Assembly: GCA_965243135.1 (NCBI GenBank)
Contig: OZ251539.1
Location: 1,728,001-1,792,000, forward strand
Source of the DNA: Alphaproteobacteria bacterium
GTDB lineage: Bacteria; Pseudomonadota; Alphaproteobacteria; MPNO01; UBA830
Direction of reading: 5' to 3'
Length of the DNA stretch: 64,000 nucleotides
Positions 1 to 10,862 of this stretch are shown piece by piece. Under the pieces are notes generated by a model that saw only the letters and a program-made list of their open reading frames with translations, was not told the origin of the DNA and made no database searches. Position numbers and translations under genes: made by a program. How positions within the stretch are numbered: position 1 is the stretch's first letter; the number at the start of each line of letters is the position of its first letter.

Positions 1-220
1 CGTGCGCCGCGACCCCCCGGACGAGTTCGACGAACAGGTCGACGTCCGGGGCGACGTCGTTTCCGGTGTCGAAGCTTCCGCCAAGCCGGTGCTGCCGGAA
101 CTCTTCCTCCACGCGACCTGGAGCGGCGCCCGAATGGTCGATCTGATACAACGCCTGGACGGCCGCCAGGCGCGCGGCGCTGCGACGCGCGACCTTGCCT
201 CGTGCGCGCCTTCCCGTCAT
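1..220 (-). CDS. nusB: Transcription antitermination factor NusB (5' part; runs off window start)
   Basis: Not in the ORF track. Reverse strand from ATG at 220 reads MTGRRARGKVARRSAARLAAVQALYQID...DLFVELVRGV, the NusB N-terminal motif. Lies directly after ribH, the usual order. Confidence 0.92.
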   Translation of the reverse strand, partial: MTGRRARGKVARRSAARLAAVQALYQIDHSGAAPGRVEEEFRQHRLGGSFDTGNDVAPDVDLFVELVRGVAAH

Positions 221-226
221 TGAAAT

Positions 227-745
227 TCAGCCATTGGGAAATTTAGCCGTCAGCCGACGCTTGATCTCGATCATGGCAAGGCATGCGCGAGCCGCGGCCC
301 CTGCCCTGTCGTGCCGGTCGCGGCTGGCCCGGGCCAGCGCCTGCTCCTTGTTCTCCGCGGTGATGACGCCGTAGCCCAGCGCGACGCCGTAGCGCAGGAC
401 GAGATCGTTGAGGCCGCGCGCGGACTCCTGGCATACGTAATCGTAGTGAGTGGTTTCGCCGCGGATGACGCAGCCCAGCGCGATATAGCCGTGGTATCCA
501 TCCAACAGCCCCACTTGGGTGTCGTTGCTCGCTTTAGCGTAGTCGTCCTGGTAGTCGATCGCGTACAGGTTCTCTTGGGCGCCGATCGCCATCCGGATCG
601 CGCCCGGAAGTTCGAACGCGCCGGGCACCCGGAAACATTCGTAGGTCGCGCCTGCATCGTCGAGTTCCGCTTTCACGCTTTCCATCATCAGATCCGCGAT
701 GTCTTCGTAGAACCGCGCCTCGACGATCATTATGCGGGATGTCAC
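227..745 (-). CDS. ribH: 6,7-dimethyl-8-ribityllumazine synthase (with internal insertion)
   Basis: Motifs ARFY, VPGAFELP, ALGCVIRGETTHYDYV; last rib gene before nusB. Confidence 0.95.
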   Translation of the reverse strand: MTSRIMIVEARFYEDIADLMMESVKAELDDAGATYECFRVPGAFELPGAIRMAIGAQENLYAIDYQDDYAKASNDTQVGLLDGYHGYIALGCVIRGETTHYDYVCQESARGLNDLVLRYGVALGYGVITAENKEQALARASRDRHDRAGAAARACLAMIEIKRRLTAKFPNG

Positions 746-749
746 GATG

Positions 750-1955
750 CTATTCCTCCAGCGGCTCGATCGGTCGGCGATCGGCGACGGCCAGGCCGAA
801 GCCCTCGATTCCCTTGATCGCGCGCGCCCGATTGGTTAGCAGAATCATGCGTTTCACCCCGAGGTCGTTGAGAATCTGGGCGCCGACCCCGAAGTCCCTC
901 AACGCCGGAGGGGCCGTCTCCCGCCCGTCGTCCGTCTGCACGGAGATCTCGCTGGTGGCGGACAGGGGATCGGACGGAACCCTGTGGCGCGCCCTGACCT
1001 GGTTCGAAAGTTTCTCGGCCCAGGGCTCCCGAATGATCACGATCACGCCGCAGCCCGCCGCCCCTATCGTCCGTATGGCGGATTCCAGCTCGTGGTGCCG
1101 CTGGTTGGTGGTGTCGTGGATCATGTCGTCGAGGATGTTGACGGCGTGCATGCGGACGAGGACCGGATCCTCGGTCGCGATGTCTCCCTTCACGAGGGCG
1201 AGATGCTCGGCCCCCGACACCCGGTTCCGGTAGACGATCAGGCGAAAATCGCCTCCGTGCCTGCGCGAGATGCGGGTCGTCAGCGAGCGTTCGACGATCG
1301 AGTCGTGCCGCAGCCGGTAGGCGATCAGGTCGGCGATGGTCGCGATCTTCAGCCCGTGAAACTGGGCGAAGCCGATCAGGTCGGGTAGCCGCGCCATCGT
1401 TCCGTCTTCGTTCATGATCTCGCAAATGACGCCGGACGGATTGAGTCCGGCGATCCGCGCGAGGTCCACGGCCGCTTCGGTGTGGCCGGTCCGCACGAGC
1501 ACGCCGCCGTCCCTGGCGCGCAACGGAAAGACGTGGCCCGGCGTGACGATGTCGTCGCGCCCGTGCATCGGATCGATCGCGACCGCTATCGTGCGGGCGC
1601 GGTCGGACGCGGAAATCCCGGTCGTCACGCCCTCCCTGGCTTCGATCGAGGTGGTGAAGGCCGTTTCGAACTGCGACCGGTTGTCGGTGGACATGAGGGA
1701 CAAGCCGAGTCGATCGATGCGCTCGGCGGTCATCGCGAGGCATACGAGGCCGCGGCCGTGCTTCGCCATGAAGTTGATCGCGTCCGGCGTCGCCATCTGG
1801 GCCGCAATGACGAGGTCGCCCTCGTTTTCCCGATCTTCGTCGTCCACGACGACGATCATGCGGCCGTTGCGTATGTCTTCGATCGCCTCGGGAACGGGCG
1901 ACAGGAACTCCCGAGATTCCTCGAAAGCTTCGGCGGACGCCTTGCCGCTCGCCAT
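750..1955 (-). CDS. ribB: 3,4-dihydroxy-2-butanone-4-phosphate synthase fused to a degenerate GTP cyclohydrolase II domain (RibBX type)
   Basis: DDEDRENEGDL, FTTSIEA, PGHVFPL and RTGHTEA motifs. The C-terminal GCH-II-like domain (VRMHAVNILDD) lacks the Zn-binding cysteines. Confidence 0.93.
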   Translation of the reverse strand: MASGKASAEAFEESREFLSPVPEAIEDIRNGRMIVVVDDEDRENEGDLVIAAQMATPDAINFMAKHGRGLVCLAMTAERIDRLGLSLMSTDNRSQFETAFTTSIEAREGVTTGISASDRARTIAVAIDPMHGRDDIVTPGHVFPLRARDGGVLVRTGHTEAAVDLARIAGLNPSGVICEIMNEDGTMARLPDLIGFAQFHGLKIATIADLIAYRLRHDSIVERSLTTRISRRHGGDFRLIVYRNRVSGAEHLALVKGDIATEDPVLVRMHAVNILDDMIHDTTNQRHHELESAIRTIGAAGCGVIVIIREPWAEKLSNQVRARHRVPSDPLSATSEISVQTDDGRETAPPALRDFGVGAQILNDLGVKRMILLTNRARAIKGIEGFGLAVADRRPIEPLEE

Positions 1956-2542
1956 CAGTCTTTCGCCAGCAGCCGCGCGACGTAGCGCGCGATCGTGTCG
2001 ATTTCCAGGTTCACCCGGTCTCCGGCCCGCCGCTCGCCGAAGGTCGTCGCGGCTCGCGTATGTCCGATGACGTTGACGCCGAACCGGTTGCCGTCGACCT
2101 CGTTCACGGTCAGCGACACGCCGTCGAGCGCGATGGAGCCTTTCGGCGCGATGTACTTCGCCAGGCTTTCCGGCGCGTCGAACAGGAAGCGGACGCTATC
2201 GCCCTCGGGCAGCGTATCGACGACCGACGCGACCGCGTCGACGTGCCCGGAAACGATATGACCGCCGAGTTCCTCGCCGACGCGCATGGCGCGCTCGAGA
2301 TTGACCCGCGTGCCGGCCCGCCATTCGCCGAGCGTGGTCCGGGCGAGGGTCTCGGCGGACGCTTCGACCGCGAACCAGCCGGACGCCTTGGCGACGACGG
2401 TCAGGCACGGTCCCGAGCACGCGACGGAGGCGCCGAGCTCGATGGCGTCCGTGTCGTAGGCGGTCTCGATCTCGATTCGCGTGTCGCCATGCCTTTCGAT
2501 CGAGCGCACCGCGCCGAGATCCGTGACGATGCCCGTAAACAT
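1955..2542 (-). CDS. ribE: Riboflavin synthase (alpha chain)
   Basis: Invariant N-terminal MFTGIV, plus GGHIVSGHVD and KGSIALDGVSLTVN. Confidence 0.96.
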   Translation of the reverse strand: MFTGIVTDLGAVRSIERHGDTRIEIETAYDTDAIELGASVACSGPCLTVVAKASGWFAVEASAETLARTTLGEWRAGTRVNLERAMRVGEELGGHIVSGHVDAVASVVDTLPEGDSVRFLFDAPESLAKYIAPKGSIALDGVSLTVNEVDGNRFGVNVIGHTRAATTFGERRAGDRVNLEIDTIARYVARLLAKD

Positions 2543-2545
2543 CCG

Positions 2546-3631
2546 CTATCGGCTCCGCTCGTAGGTTTCGATCAGGTCCCGGCCGGCCGGCCGGACGGAT
2601 ACTCTGACGAACGCGGGCGGATCGTCAAGCATGCGGGCGCCGAACGCCGCGACCGCCGGAACGCCGTCGCCGCCGATCACCGACGGCGCCCTGAACCAGA
2701 CCAGCCGGTCGACCAGATCCCGCCGCAGGAGCGCCGCCGCGGCCCGGCCGCCTCCCTCCACCATCAAGCGGTTGACCCCCCGCTCCGCGATCAGCCGCAG
2801 CGCCGCTTCGGGATCGAGCGCGCCTTCGGCGTCCGCTGGAACCTCGAGCCGTTCGCCGACCGCCAATTCTTCCGTTGCGGCGCCGGGAGCGACAAGGTGC
2901 CAGACCGGCGCTTCATGCGCCGTCGCCGCGAGTTTCGGCGTCAGGCGTCCGCCGAGAACGATCCGGATCGGCGTTCTGTTTCGCAGTCCGGGCAATCGGC
3001 AGGTCAGTTCCGGGTCGTCCGCGGCCGCCGTCCGCCCGCCGACGAGAACGGCGTCGTTGCGCGCGCGCAACGCATGGGCTTCGGCGCGCGCCTGCGGCCC
3101 CGTAATCCATTTGCTGACGCCTGCGGAGTCGGCGATCCTGCCGTCGAGCGTCGTCGCGAGCTTGAGGGTGACCAGCGGCCGGCCGGCGCGAAGCCGTTTG
3201 AGAAATCCGGCGGCCGCGTTCTCCGCCGCCTGCAGGCGGACGCCGGCGGCGACTTCGATTCCGGCTTCCCGGAGTTTCGCGACGCCGCGGCCGGCGACGC
3301 GCGGGTCGGGATCGGACGCGCCGATCACGACACGCGCCACGCCGGCCGCGATCAAGGCGTCCGCGCAAGGCGGCGTCATCCCGTGATGGGAGCATGGTTC
3401 AAGCGTGACGTACGCGGTCGCTCCCCGCGCCTTTCCTCCGGCGCGCGCCAGCGCCTCGGTCTCGGCATGAGGCCGGCCTCCCGGCTGGGTCCAGCCGCGG
3501 CCGACCACGATTCCCTCGCGCGCCAGGACGCACCCCACGGGAGGGTTGGGCGAAACGTTGCCGCGCCCGCGCCGGGCAAGCGCGAGCGCCACGTCCATGA
3601 AGCGTTCGTCACTCGTCCCGTTCGTTGTCAT
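2546..3631 (-). CDS. ribD: Bifunctional riboflavin deaminase/reductase
   Basis: PNPPVGC, HAE, TLEPCSH...PPC deaminase motifs and LMVEGG reductase motif. Confidence 0.96.
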   Translation of the reverse strand: MTTNGTSDERFMDVALALARRGRGNVSPNPPVGCVLAREGIVVGRGWTQPGGRPHAETEALARAGGKARGATAYVTLEPCSHHGMTPPCADALIAAGVARVVIGASDPDPRVAGRGVAKLREAGIEVAAGVRLQAAENAAAGFLKRLRAGRPLVTLKLATTLDGRIADSAGVSKWITGPQARAEAHALRARNDAVLVGGRTAAADDPELTCRLPGLRNRTPIRIVLGGRLTPKLAATAHEAPVWHLVAPGAATEELAVGERLEVPADAEGALDPEAALRLIAERGVNRLMVEGGGRAAAALLRRDLVDRLVWFRAPSVIGGDGVPAVAAFGARMLDDPPAFVRVSVRPAGRDLIETYERSR

Positions 3632-4073
3632 GGAGGCTTTCCACGAAGTCCTCGAAATCGCGCGCTTCGCGGAAGTTCCGGTAGACGGAGGCGAACCGGA
3701 TGTAGGCGACCTGATCGAGATGCGACAGCGCTTCCATCACGAGTTCGCCCACCTGATTCGAGTTTATTTCCGGTCCGCCCTCGGTTTCGATGCGCCGGAT
3801 GATGCTGCTGATCGCGCGCTCGATCCGCTCCGGATCGACCGGTCTCTTTCGCAGCGCGATGTTCATCGACCTCGTCAACTTGTCGCGGTCGAGCGGCTCG
3901 CGCCTGCGATTCGACTTTATGACCATGATTTCGCGCAGCTGGATGCGCTCGAAGGTCGTGAAGCGCATGCCGCAGGAAATGCAGGCCCTGCGCCGGCGGA
4001 TGGCGGTGTTGTCCTCCGTCGGGCGCGAATCCTTCACTTGCGTTTCGTCGGAACCGCAGAACGGGCATTTCAT
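3609..4073 (-). CDS. nrdR: Transcriptional repressor NrdR
   Basis: MKCPFCG...DSR...IRRRRAC..CG.RFTTFE Zn ribbon plus ATP cone ending [10 protein letters not shown]. Confidence 0.97.
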   Translation of the reverse strand: MKCPFCGSDETQVKDSRPTEDNTAIRRRRACISCGMRFTTFERIQLREIMVIKSNRRREPLDRDKLTRSMNIALRKRPVDPERIERAISSIIRRIETEGGPEINSNQVGELVMEALSHLDQVAYIRFASVYRNFREARDFEDFVESLHDNERDE

Positions 4074-4085
4074 CTCTTCGTCTCC

Positions 4086-5351
4086 TTATGCGTAGATCGG
4101 AAAACGCGCGCACAGCTCTTCGACTCGCTTCCTCGCCGCCTCGACGGCGGACGCCCCGCCGTCCAGCACGTCGGCGATCAACGCGCCGACCTCGCGGAAC
4201 TCGTCGGGGCCGAAGCCGCGGGTCGTCGCGGCGGGCGATCCGAGCCGGATCCCCGACGTGACGGTCGGCTTTTCCGGATCGAACGGAACGGCGTTCTTGT
4301 TGCAGGTCATTCCCGCCGCTTCGAGAGCGGCCTCGGCATCCTTTCCGGTGAGTTTCCTCGACCGCAGGTCGACGAGCGCCATGTGCGTGTCCGTCCCGCC
4401 GGACACGATGTCGAAGCTCCGTTCCGCAAGGGAGGCGGCGAGCGCCGCCGCGTTCTCGACGACGGCCGCCGCGTAGGTTCGGAACTCGGGACGGAGCGCC
4501 TCCCCGAAAGCCGCCGCCTTGGCGGCGACGACGTGCATCAAGGGTCCGCCCTGGGTGCCTGGAAAGATCGCCGAGTTCACCTTTTTGGCGATGCCTTCGT
4601 CGTTGGTGAGGATCATGCCGCCGCGAGGGCCGCGCAAGGTCTTGTGGGTCGTCGTGGTCACGACGTGGGCGTGCGGAAACGGATCGGGATGCGCGCCGCC
4701 GGCCACGAGGCCGGCGAAATGGGCCATGTCGACGACCAGCAGCGCGCCGACCGAATCGGCGATCTCCCGGAAGCGCGGGAAGTCGAGGATGCGGGGATAG
4801 GCGGAGCCGCCGGCGATCAGGAGCTTCGGTCGACGGCGGGCGGCCAGGCGCTCCACTTCGTCGAAATCGACCAGGGCGTCTTCCTTCCGCACGCCGTATT
4901 GCGCCGCGTCGAACCACTTCCCCGAAAGGTTGAACGGAGCGCCGTGAGACAGGTGCCCTCCCGCCGCGAGCGACAGGCCGAGGATGGAGTCGCCCGGCTT
5001 CAGCAGGCCGAACATGACGGCGGCGTTGGCTTGGGCTCCCGAATGCGGCTGCACGTTCGCGAACTCGCATCCGAACAGGCGCCTGGCGCGCGCGATCGCG
5101 AGCTCTTCGGCGATGTCCGCGAACTCGCAGCCGCCGTAATAGCGCCGGCCCGGATAACCTTCGGCGTACTTGTTGGTCAGAACGGATCCGGCGGCTTCCA
5201 GCACGGCGCGGGACACGACGTTTTCGGAAGCGATCAGCTCGATCTGGTCCCGTTGCCGCGACAATTCGCCGCGGAGAGCTAGGTCGAGTTCCGGATCGGA
5301 TTCGGCGATCGACGCGGCGAAGAAGCCGTCGTGAGTCATGGCGGGAGTCAT
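4086..5351 (-). CDS. glyA: Serine hydroxymethyltransferase
   Basis: [36 protein letters not shown]. Start taken at ATG 5351 (alternative 5339); the upstream part of the 688-aa track ORF is spurious. Confidence 0.97.
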   Translation of the reverse strand: MTPAMTHDGFFAASIAESDPELDLALRGELSRQRDQIELIASENVVSRAVLEAAGSVLTNKYAEGYPGRRYYGGCEFADIAEELAIARARRLFGCEFANVQPHSGAQANAAVMFGLLKPGDSILGLSLAAGGHLSHGAPFNLSGKWFDAAQYGVRKEDALVDFDEVERLAARRRPKLLIAGGSAYPRILDFPRFREIADSVGALLVVDMAHFAGLVAGGAHPDPFPHAHVVTTTTHKTLRGPRGGMILTNDEGIAKKVNSAIFPGTQGGPLMHVVAAKAAAFGEALRPEFRTYAAAVVENAAALAASLAERSFDIVSGGTDTHMALVDLRSRKLTGKDAEAALEAAGMTCNKNAVPFDPEKPTVTSGIRLGSPAATTRGFGPDEFREVGALIADVLDGGASAVEAARKRVEELCARFPIYA

Positions 5352-5353
5352 GG

Positions 5354-5788
5354 TCAGCCGAGTTTCGCGACCCGGCGCGCGTGCCGCCCGCCTTCGAACG
5401 CAGTGGAAAGGAACAGCCTCACCATGCTGCGCGCCGCCTCCTCGGAGGTCTTCCGTCCGCCCAGGCAGATCACGTTGGCGTCGTTGTGGCGCCGCGCCAG
5501 CGCCGCGGTCTCCTCGTCGTAGCAGAGGGCGGCGCGGATGCCGGGATGGCGATTGGCGGCGATCGAAACGCCGATGCCCGTGCCGCAGACGAGGACTCCC
5601 CGCCGGGTTCGCCCGTCCGCGATGGCGTCCACGAGCTTCGCGGCGAAATCGGGGTAATCGACCGGATCCTCGCCGTCGGCGCCGAGATCGACGGCGATCC
5701 GGCCGCCGGCGCGAATCTCTTCGATCACCGCCCGCTTCAGGGCGTAGCCGCCATGGTCGACCGCGACCGCAATCGTTTCGCTGGACAT
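5354..5788 (-). CDS. rpiB: Ribose-5-phosphate isomerase B
   Basis: C-terminal 144 aa of the 1123-aa track ORF: [33 protein letters not shown]. rpiB-glyA order is common. Confidence 0.95.
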   Translation of the reverse strand: MSSETIAVAVDHGGYALKRAVIEEIRAGGRIAVDLGADGEDPVDYPDFAAKLVDAIADGRTRRGVLVCGTGIGVSIAANRHPGIRAALCYDEETAALARRHNDANVICLGGRKTSEEAARSMVRLFLSTAFEGGRHARRVAKLG

Positions 5789-6118
5789 GAAATCTCTTCC
5801 TGTTTCGCGTTTCATTACCACATGTCGTGGTTGCGCGCCACCGATCCGGCGATTCGTGGACGGCAGACGTCCGTTGACCGTGAAGCGCGATTCGCCGGCA
5901 ACCGCGGCGGCGGAACCGGCGGCGCCGCGACGGCCGCCGGTTTTTCGGGCGCGAATCGAAAGCCTCCGGTTGGCCCGGCGAACGCAGGCGGCGGCGACCG
6001 CTTCGTCGAACGCGGCCTCCCGGCGCCGAATCGCGGCCGCGCCTTCTTTCGCCCCTGATGCGGAAAAACGTCGTCCGCCGTGATAACCTTGCCGCCGCAA
6101 CCAACCTGGAGAAAAGAC

Positions 6119-7096
6119 ATGAAGCGATCGCTCGCCGCAGCGCTGTCGGCATTCGCGATGGCCGGCGCCGTCCAGGCCGCGGAATTCGCGCCGGCCATCG
6201 TTTACGACACGGGCAGCAAATTCGACAAGTCGTTCAACGAAGCCGCCTGGAACGGCGCCGAGCGCTTCAAGGCCGACACCGGCATCCAGTACCGCGAGTT
6301 TCAGGTTCCCAACCCCTCGACGCGCGAGCAGGCGATCCGCAACATGGCGCGGCGGGGCGCGACGGTCGTGGTGGCGATGGGCTTCGCCCAGGCCCCCGCA
6401 GTCGAGGTCGTCGCGAAGGAATTTCCGGACGCGAAATTCACGCTCGTCGACATGGTGGTCGATTTGCCGAACGTGCAGTCGGTCATCTTCAAGGAGCACG
6501 AAGGGTCCTTCCTCGTCGGCATGGCGGCGGCCATCGCGTCGAAGACCGGCAAGATCGGCTTCGTCGGCGGCATGGACATCCCGCTCATCCGGAAGTTCGC
6601 GCTCGGTTACGTCGAGGGCGCGCGGCACGTCTCCCCGTCCATCGAGATTTTCCGGAACATGACCGGGACAACGCCCGCCGCGTGGAACGATCCGACAAGG
6701 GGCGGCGAACTCGCCCGCAGCCAGTTCGACCGCGGCGCGGACGTCGTCTACGCCGCGGCGGGCGCCACCGGCATCGGCGTCTACCAGGCGGCGAAGGACG
6801 CGGGCAAGCTCGCGATCGGGGTGGACAGCAACCAGAACTACCTCCATCCCGGGACCATGCTGACTTCGATGGTCAAACGCGTGGATCAAGCGGTCTACGA
6901 TGCCTTCAAGAGCGCTCGCGACGGCACCTGGTCCGGCGGCGTCAAGGTGCTGGGGCTCGCCGAAAACGGCGTCGGCTGGGCTCTCGACGAACACAATCGA
7001 AGCCTCGTTTCCGCCGAAATGGAAAGGGCGATCGAGCGGGCGCGGAACGACATCATCGCCGGAAAGATCGCGGTGACGGACTATACCGCGAAGTAG
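6119..7096 (+). CDS. BMP-family ABC transporter substrate-binding protein (nucleoside/purine)
   Basis: Signal peptide [20 protein letters not shown]; [31 protein letters not shown]. Confidence 0.9.
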   Translation: MKRSLAAALSAFAMAGAVQAAEFAPAIVYDTGSKFDKSFNEAAWNGAERFKADTGIQYREFQVPNPSTREQAIRNMARRGATVVVAMGFAQAPAVEVVAKEFPDAKFTLVDMVVDLPNVQSVIFKEHEGSFLVGMAAAIASKTGKIGFVGGMDIPLIRKFALGYVEGARHVSPSIEIFRNMTGTTPAAWNDPTRGGELARSQFDRGADVVYAAAGATGIGVYQAAKDAGKLAIGVDSNQNYLHPGTMLTSMVKRVDQAVYDAFKSARDGTWSGGVKVLGLAENGVGWALDEHNRSLVSAEMERAIERARNDIIAGKIAVTDYTAK

Positions 7097-7123
7097 CGGC
7101 GTTCCGCCGGAAACCCCTCCCGC

Positions 7124-8683
7124 ATGAGCGCGCCGGCGCCCGCGGCTCCGCCGCCGGCGCTCGAGGTGACCGGCATACACAAGCGGTTCGGATCGGTATG
7201 GGCCAACGTCGGCGTCTCGATGTCGGTCCCGCGAGGCACGATCCACGGCATCGTCGGAGAAAACGGCGCCGGCAAATCCACGCTGATGAGCGTCGTATAC
7301 GGATATTACCGCCCCGACGCGGGCGAGATCAGGATCCGCGGCGAGAAGGCGGAGATCAGATCGCCCGCCGAGGCGATCGCGCTCGGGGTCGGCATGGTGC
7401 ATCAACATTTCATGCTGGTGGACACCTTCACGGTTCTGGAGAACGTCGCGCTGGGCGTCGAGGACGGCCCGTTTCTGGGGCGAACGCTGGCGAAGGCCAG
7501 GCGCGCCCTCGAACGGCTGGCGCGGGATTACGGGATCGAGGCGGACCCGGACGCCGTCGTCGGCGACCTGCCCGTCGGCGTGAGGCAGCGCGTCGAGATA
7601 TTGAAGGCGCTGTACCGCAACGCCGAGATCCTCGTTCTCGACGAGCCCACCGGCGTGCTCACCCCCCAGGAAGCGGACGATCTCTTTCGGATCCTGCGGG
7701 CGCTTCGCGACCAGGGCAAGACGATCGTCCTGATCACCCACAAGCTGCGGGAAATCATGACGCTGACCGACCGCGTCACGGTAATGTGCGCGGGATGCGT
7801 GGTCGGACACGTCGACACCGCGGAAACCGACCGTGAACGCCTCGCCGCCATGATGATCGGCCGCCCGGTTCTGCTGCGCGTCGAGAAAGGCCCCGCGTCG
7901 CCGGGCGAAGTCGCGCTCCGGGTCGAGCGTTTGTCGGTTCGCGACCGGAACGGCGCGCTCCGCGTGAAAGACGCCAGTTTCGCGGTTCGCGCCGGCGAAA
8001 TCGTCGGAGTCGCGGGCGTGGCCGGAAACGGCCAGTCCGAACTTCTCGAGGCGATCGCGGGCACGCTGCCCGCGGAAGGCGGCGAAATCGCGATCCGCGG
8101 CGTTCCGGCCGCCGCGCGCGCGGCGCGCGCCGAGACGGCGAAGGAAAGGCGCGGAGCCGGGCTCGCCCACGTCCCCGAAGACCGCCAGCGGACCGGGCTG
8201 GTCACGGCTTTCGACGCCTCGGAAAGCGGCGTTCTCGGCTATCACGGCGACCGGCGCTACAACCGCGGCGCCTGGATGAGCCGGCGCAGCGTCGTCGCCG
8301 ACGTGGAACGGAGCATGGCCGACTTCGACGTTCGCCCGCCCCTGCCCCGCCTGCTCACGGCGAATTTCTCCGGCGGCAACCAGCAGAAACTGGTCATCGG
8401 CCGCGAATTCGGACGCGACCCGCCCCTGCTTCTGGTGGGACAGCCGACCCGCGGCGTCGACATCGGCGCCATCGAATTCATCCACCGCCGGCTCGTGGAG
8501 ATGCGCGACAGGGGAAAGGGGATCCTGCTCGTGTCGGTGGAGCTCGAAGAGATCATGGCGTTGTCGGACCGGATTCTCGTGATGTTCGACGGCGAGATCG
8601 TCGGCGAGGTTCCGGCCGGCGCGGCCGACGAGCGCGTTCTCGGCCTGATGATGGCGGGCGCTCGCGCCCCCGGGGCCGCATGA
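7124..8683 (+). CDS. CUT2-type ABC transporter ATP-binding protein (two ABC domains)
   Basis: GENGAGKS, LDEPT, FSGGNQQK, QPTRGVD. Confidence 0.93.
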   Translation: MSAPAPAAPPPALEVTGIHKRFGSVWANVGVSMSVPRGTIHGIVGENGAGKSTLMSVVYGYYRPDAGEIRIRGEKAEIRSPAEAIALGVGMVHQHFMLVDTFTVLENVALGVEDGPFLGRTLAKARRALERLARDYGIEADPDAVVGDLPVGVRQRVEILKALYRNAEILVLDEPTGVLTPQEADDLFRILRALRDQGKTIVLITHKLREIMTLTDRVTVMCAGCVVGHVDTAETDRERLAAMMIGRPVLLRVEKGPASPGEVALRVERLSVRDRNGALRVKDASFAVRAGEIVGVAGVAGNGQSELLEAIAGTLPAEGGEIAIRGVPAAARAARAETAKERRGAGLAHVPEDRQRTGLVTAFDASESGVLGYHGDRRYNRGAWMSRRSVVADVERSMADFDVRPPLPRLLTANFSGGNQQKLVIGREFGRDPPLLLVGQPTRGVDIGAIEFIHRRLVEMRDRGKGILLVSVELEEIMALSDRILVMFDGEIVGEVPAGAADERVLGLMMAGARAPGAA

Positions 8684-9777
8684 GCGATTTCGGCAGGCCC
8701 GCCGCGGCGCCGGGGTGGGTCGCACATGGCCTGATTCCGCTGATCAACCTCGCTCTCGCCCTCGCCGTTTCGGGCGCGATCGTCATGTTGATCGGCGAGG
8801 ATCCGCTCAAGGCGCTCGGACTTCTGATCCACGGCGCGGTGGGTTACCCGGAAGCGATCGCCTACACGCTCTACTACGCCACGAACTTCGTGTTCACCGG
8901 CCTCGCCGTCGCCATCGCCTTCCAATGCGGACTGTTCAACATCGGGGGCGAAGGCCAGGCCTATGTCGGCGGCCTGGGCGCCGGTCTGGTCGCGCTTTCG
9001 TTCGATCATCTGCCGGCTCCGGCCGCGATACCCCTCGCCGTCGCGGCCGCGGCCGCGTTCGGCGCTCTATGGGGCTTCGTTCCCGGCTGGCTGCAAGCGA
9101 AACGCGGCAGCCACATCGTGATCACGACGATCATGTTCAATTTTCTCGCCGCGGCGTTGATGACCTATCTGATGGTGGAGGTTCTCATCAAGCCGGGGCA
9201 GCAAGCGGCCGTAAGCCGCATGTTCGAACCCGGCGCGCGCCTGCCCTTCATGCACGACGTCCTCGCCCGATTCGGAATCCACATCGGCCAATCGTCGCTG
9301 AACCTGAGCGTGGTCCTCGCGATCGTCTGTCTCGGCGCGTTCTGGCTTTTCGTCTGGCGCACGCGCTGGGGCTACGAGATCCGCGCCGTCGGCCACAGCG
9401 AGTCCGCGGCGGTCTACGGCGGCATTTCCCCGGCGCGGGCGATCATGGCGTCCATGGCGATCTCCGGCGGACTGGCGGGTTTGGTCGGGGTGAACGAGAT
9501 ACTCGGCGTTCATCATCGATTGCTGCTGGAGTTCACGGTGGGCTACGGTTTCGTGGGCATCGCGGTCGCGCTGATGGGGCGGAACCACCCGCTGGGAATC
9601 CTGTTCGCGGCCCTTCTCTTCGGCATGCTGTATCAGGGCGGATCCGAACTCGCCTTCGACATGCCCAGCGTCAGCCGCGAAATGGTGGTCGTCCTGCAAG
9701 GCCTGGTGATCCTGTTTTCAGGCGCGCTCGAGCACATGTTCCGCCCGCGCATCGAGCGCGCGTTCCGGAAGCGTTAG
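8680..9777 (+). CDS. Nucleoside ABC transporter permease
   Basis: Multiple TM helices; GLFNIGGEGQ, GIAVALMGRNHP; ATGA overlap with the ATPase gene. Confidence 0.9.
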   Translation: MSDFGRPAAAPGWVAHGLIPLINLALALAVSGAIVMLIGEDPLKALGLLIHGAVGYPEAIAYTLYYATNFVFTGLAVAIAFQCGLFNIGGEGQAYVGGLGAGLVALSFDHLPAPAAIPLAVAAAAAFGALWGFVPGWLQAKRGSHIVITTIMFNFLAAALMTYLMVEVLIKPGQQAAVSRMFEPGARLPFMHDVLARFGIHIGQSSLNLSVVLAIVCLGAFWLFVWRTRWGYEIRAVGHSESAAVYGGISPARAIMASMAISGGLAGLVGVNEILGVHHRLLLEFTVGYGFVGIAVALMGRNHPLGILFAALLFGMLYQGGSELAFDMPSVSREMVVVLQGLVILFSGALEHMFRPRIERAFRKR

Positions 9778-9780
9778 GCC

Positions 9781-10752
9781 ATGGAAGCGTTAATCTGGGC
9801 CGTTCTCGTTCTCGACGCGACGCTGCGCGTTTCGACGCCTCTCATACTCGCGGCCTTCGCCGGGATGTTCGCCGAGCGTTCGGGAGTCGTCGACATCGGC
9901 CTCGAGGGCAAGATGCTGGGCGCGGCGTTCGCCGCCGCCGCCGCGGCCTACGTTACCGGTTCGCCGTGGCTCGGCCTTCTGGCCGGCGTCGCCGCCTCGG
10001 TCGCCCTGGCCATGGTCCATGCGTTCGCCTGCGTGACGCATCACGGCAACCAGGTGGTCTCCGGCATGGCGATCAACATCATGGTGGCCGGCCTCGGGCC
10101 GGTGCTCGCGCTCGCCTGGTTCGGCCTGGGCGGGAGAACCCCGATTCTGAGCGACGGCGCGCGTTTCCGGCCGGTGCATTTTCCCTTCGCCGACCGGCTG
10201 CACGACGTTCCGTTTCTGGGCCAGATCTATTCGGAAATCGCCAGCGGCCACAACCTGATCGTCTATGTCGCGCTCGCCTCGGTTCCGTTCGCGGGTTGGC
10301 TCATCTACCGGACCCGGTTCGGGCTCCGGCTGCGGGCGGTCGGCGAAGCGCCGGACGCGGTCGCCACCGCGGGCATCTCCGTCGCGGGGCTGCGGTACCG
10401 GGCGATGGCGATATGCGGCGTGCTCTGCGGCATCGCCGGAACCTCCCTGTCGATCGCGCAGAACGCCCTGTTCGTGCGCGACATGACCGCCGGCATGGGA
10501 TATCTGGCGCTCGCCGCCCTGATTTTCGGCAAATGGCGTCCGGTTCCGACATTGCTTGCCTGCTTTCTCTTCGCTTTCGCCGACGCGGTGCAGGCGCGCC
10601 TTCAGGGAGTCGACGTCCCGGGACTCGGGGTCGTTCCGGTGCAGGCCATACAGGCGCTGCCCTATCTTCTGACCGTCCTCTTGCTTGCGGGCTTCGTCGG
10701 CAAGGCGGTGCCGCCCGCGGCGAGCGGCGTCCCCTACGTCAGGGAGCGCTGA
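9781..10752 (+). CDS. Nucleoside ABC transporter permease
   Basis: ERSGVVDIGLEG, GLRLRAVGE, ALAALIFGKWRP. Confidence 0.9.
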   Translation: MEALIWAVLVLDATLRVSTPLILAAFAGMFAERSGVVDIGLEGKMLGAAFAAAAAAYVTGSPWLGLLAGVAASVALAMVHAFACVTHHGNQVVSGMAINIMVAGLGPVLALAWFGLGGRTPILSDGARFRPVHFPFADRLHDVPFLGQIYSEIASGHNLIVYVALASVPFAGWLIYRTRFGLRLRAVGEAPDAVATAGISVAGLRYRAMAICGVLCGIAGTSLSIAQNALFVRDMTAGMGYLALAALIFGKWRPVPTLLACFLFAFADAVQARLQGVDVPGLGVVPVQAIQALPYLLTVLLLAGFVGKAVPPAASGVPYVRER

Positions 10753-10862
10753 CCCGGCGCCTCCCTGCGGCGGCGCGGGCGCGCGACGAAGCGGTCGCCT
10801 GCCGGCCTCCGCCCCTCGCGCCGCTTGTCAATCCGGCCCGGCGGGATTAAGCATGGGACGCG

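Noticed and set aside
2-223. 73-aa plus-strand ORF
   Set aside because: Antisense shadow of nusB, which is clearly encoded on the minus strand.
3600-6118. FMN riboswitch for the rib genes
   Set aside because: ribD overlaps nrdR, leaving no leader, and no RFN consensus was seen upstream of rpiB.
5354-8725. 1123-aa minus-strand ORF ending in RpiB
   Set aside because: Only the last 144 aa are RpiB. The rest is antisense to the ABC operon; long shadow ORFs are expected at this GC content.
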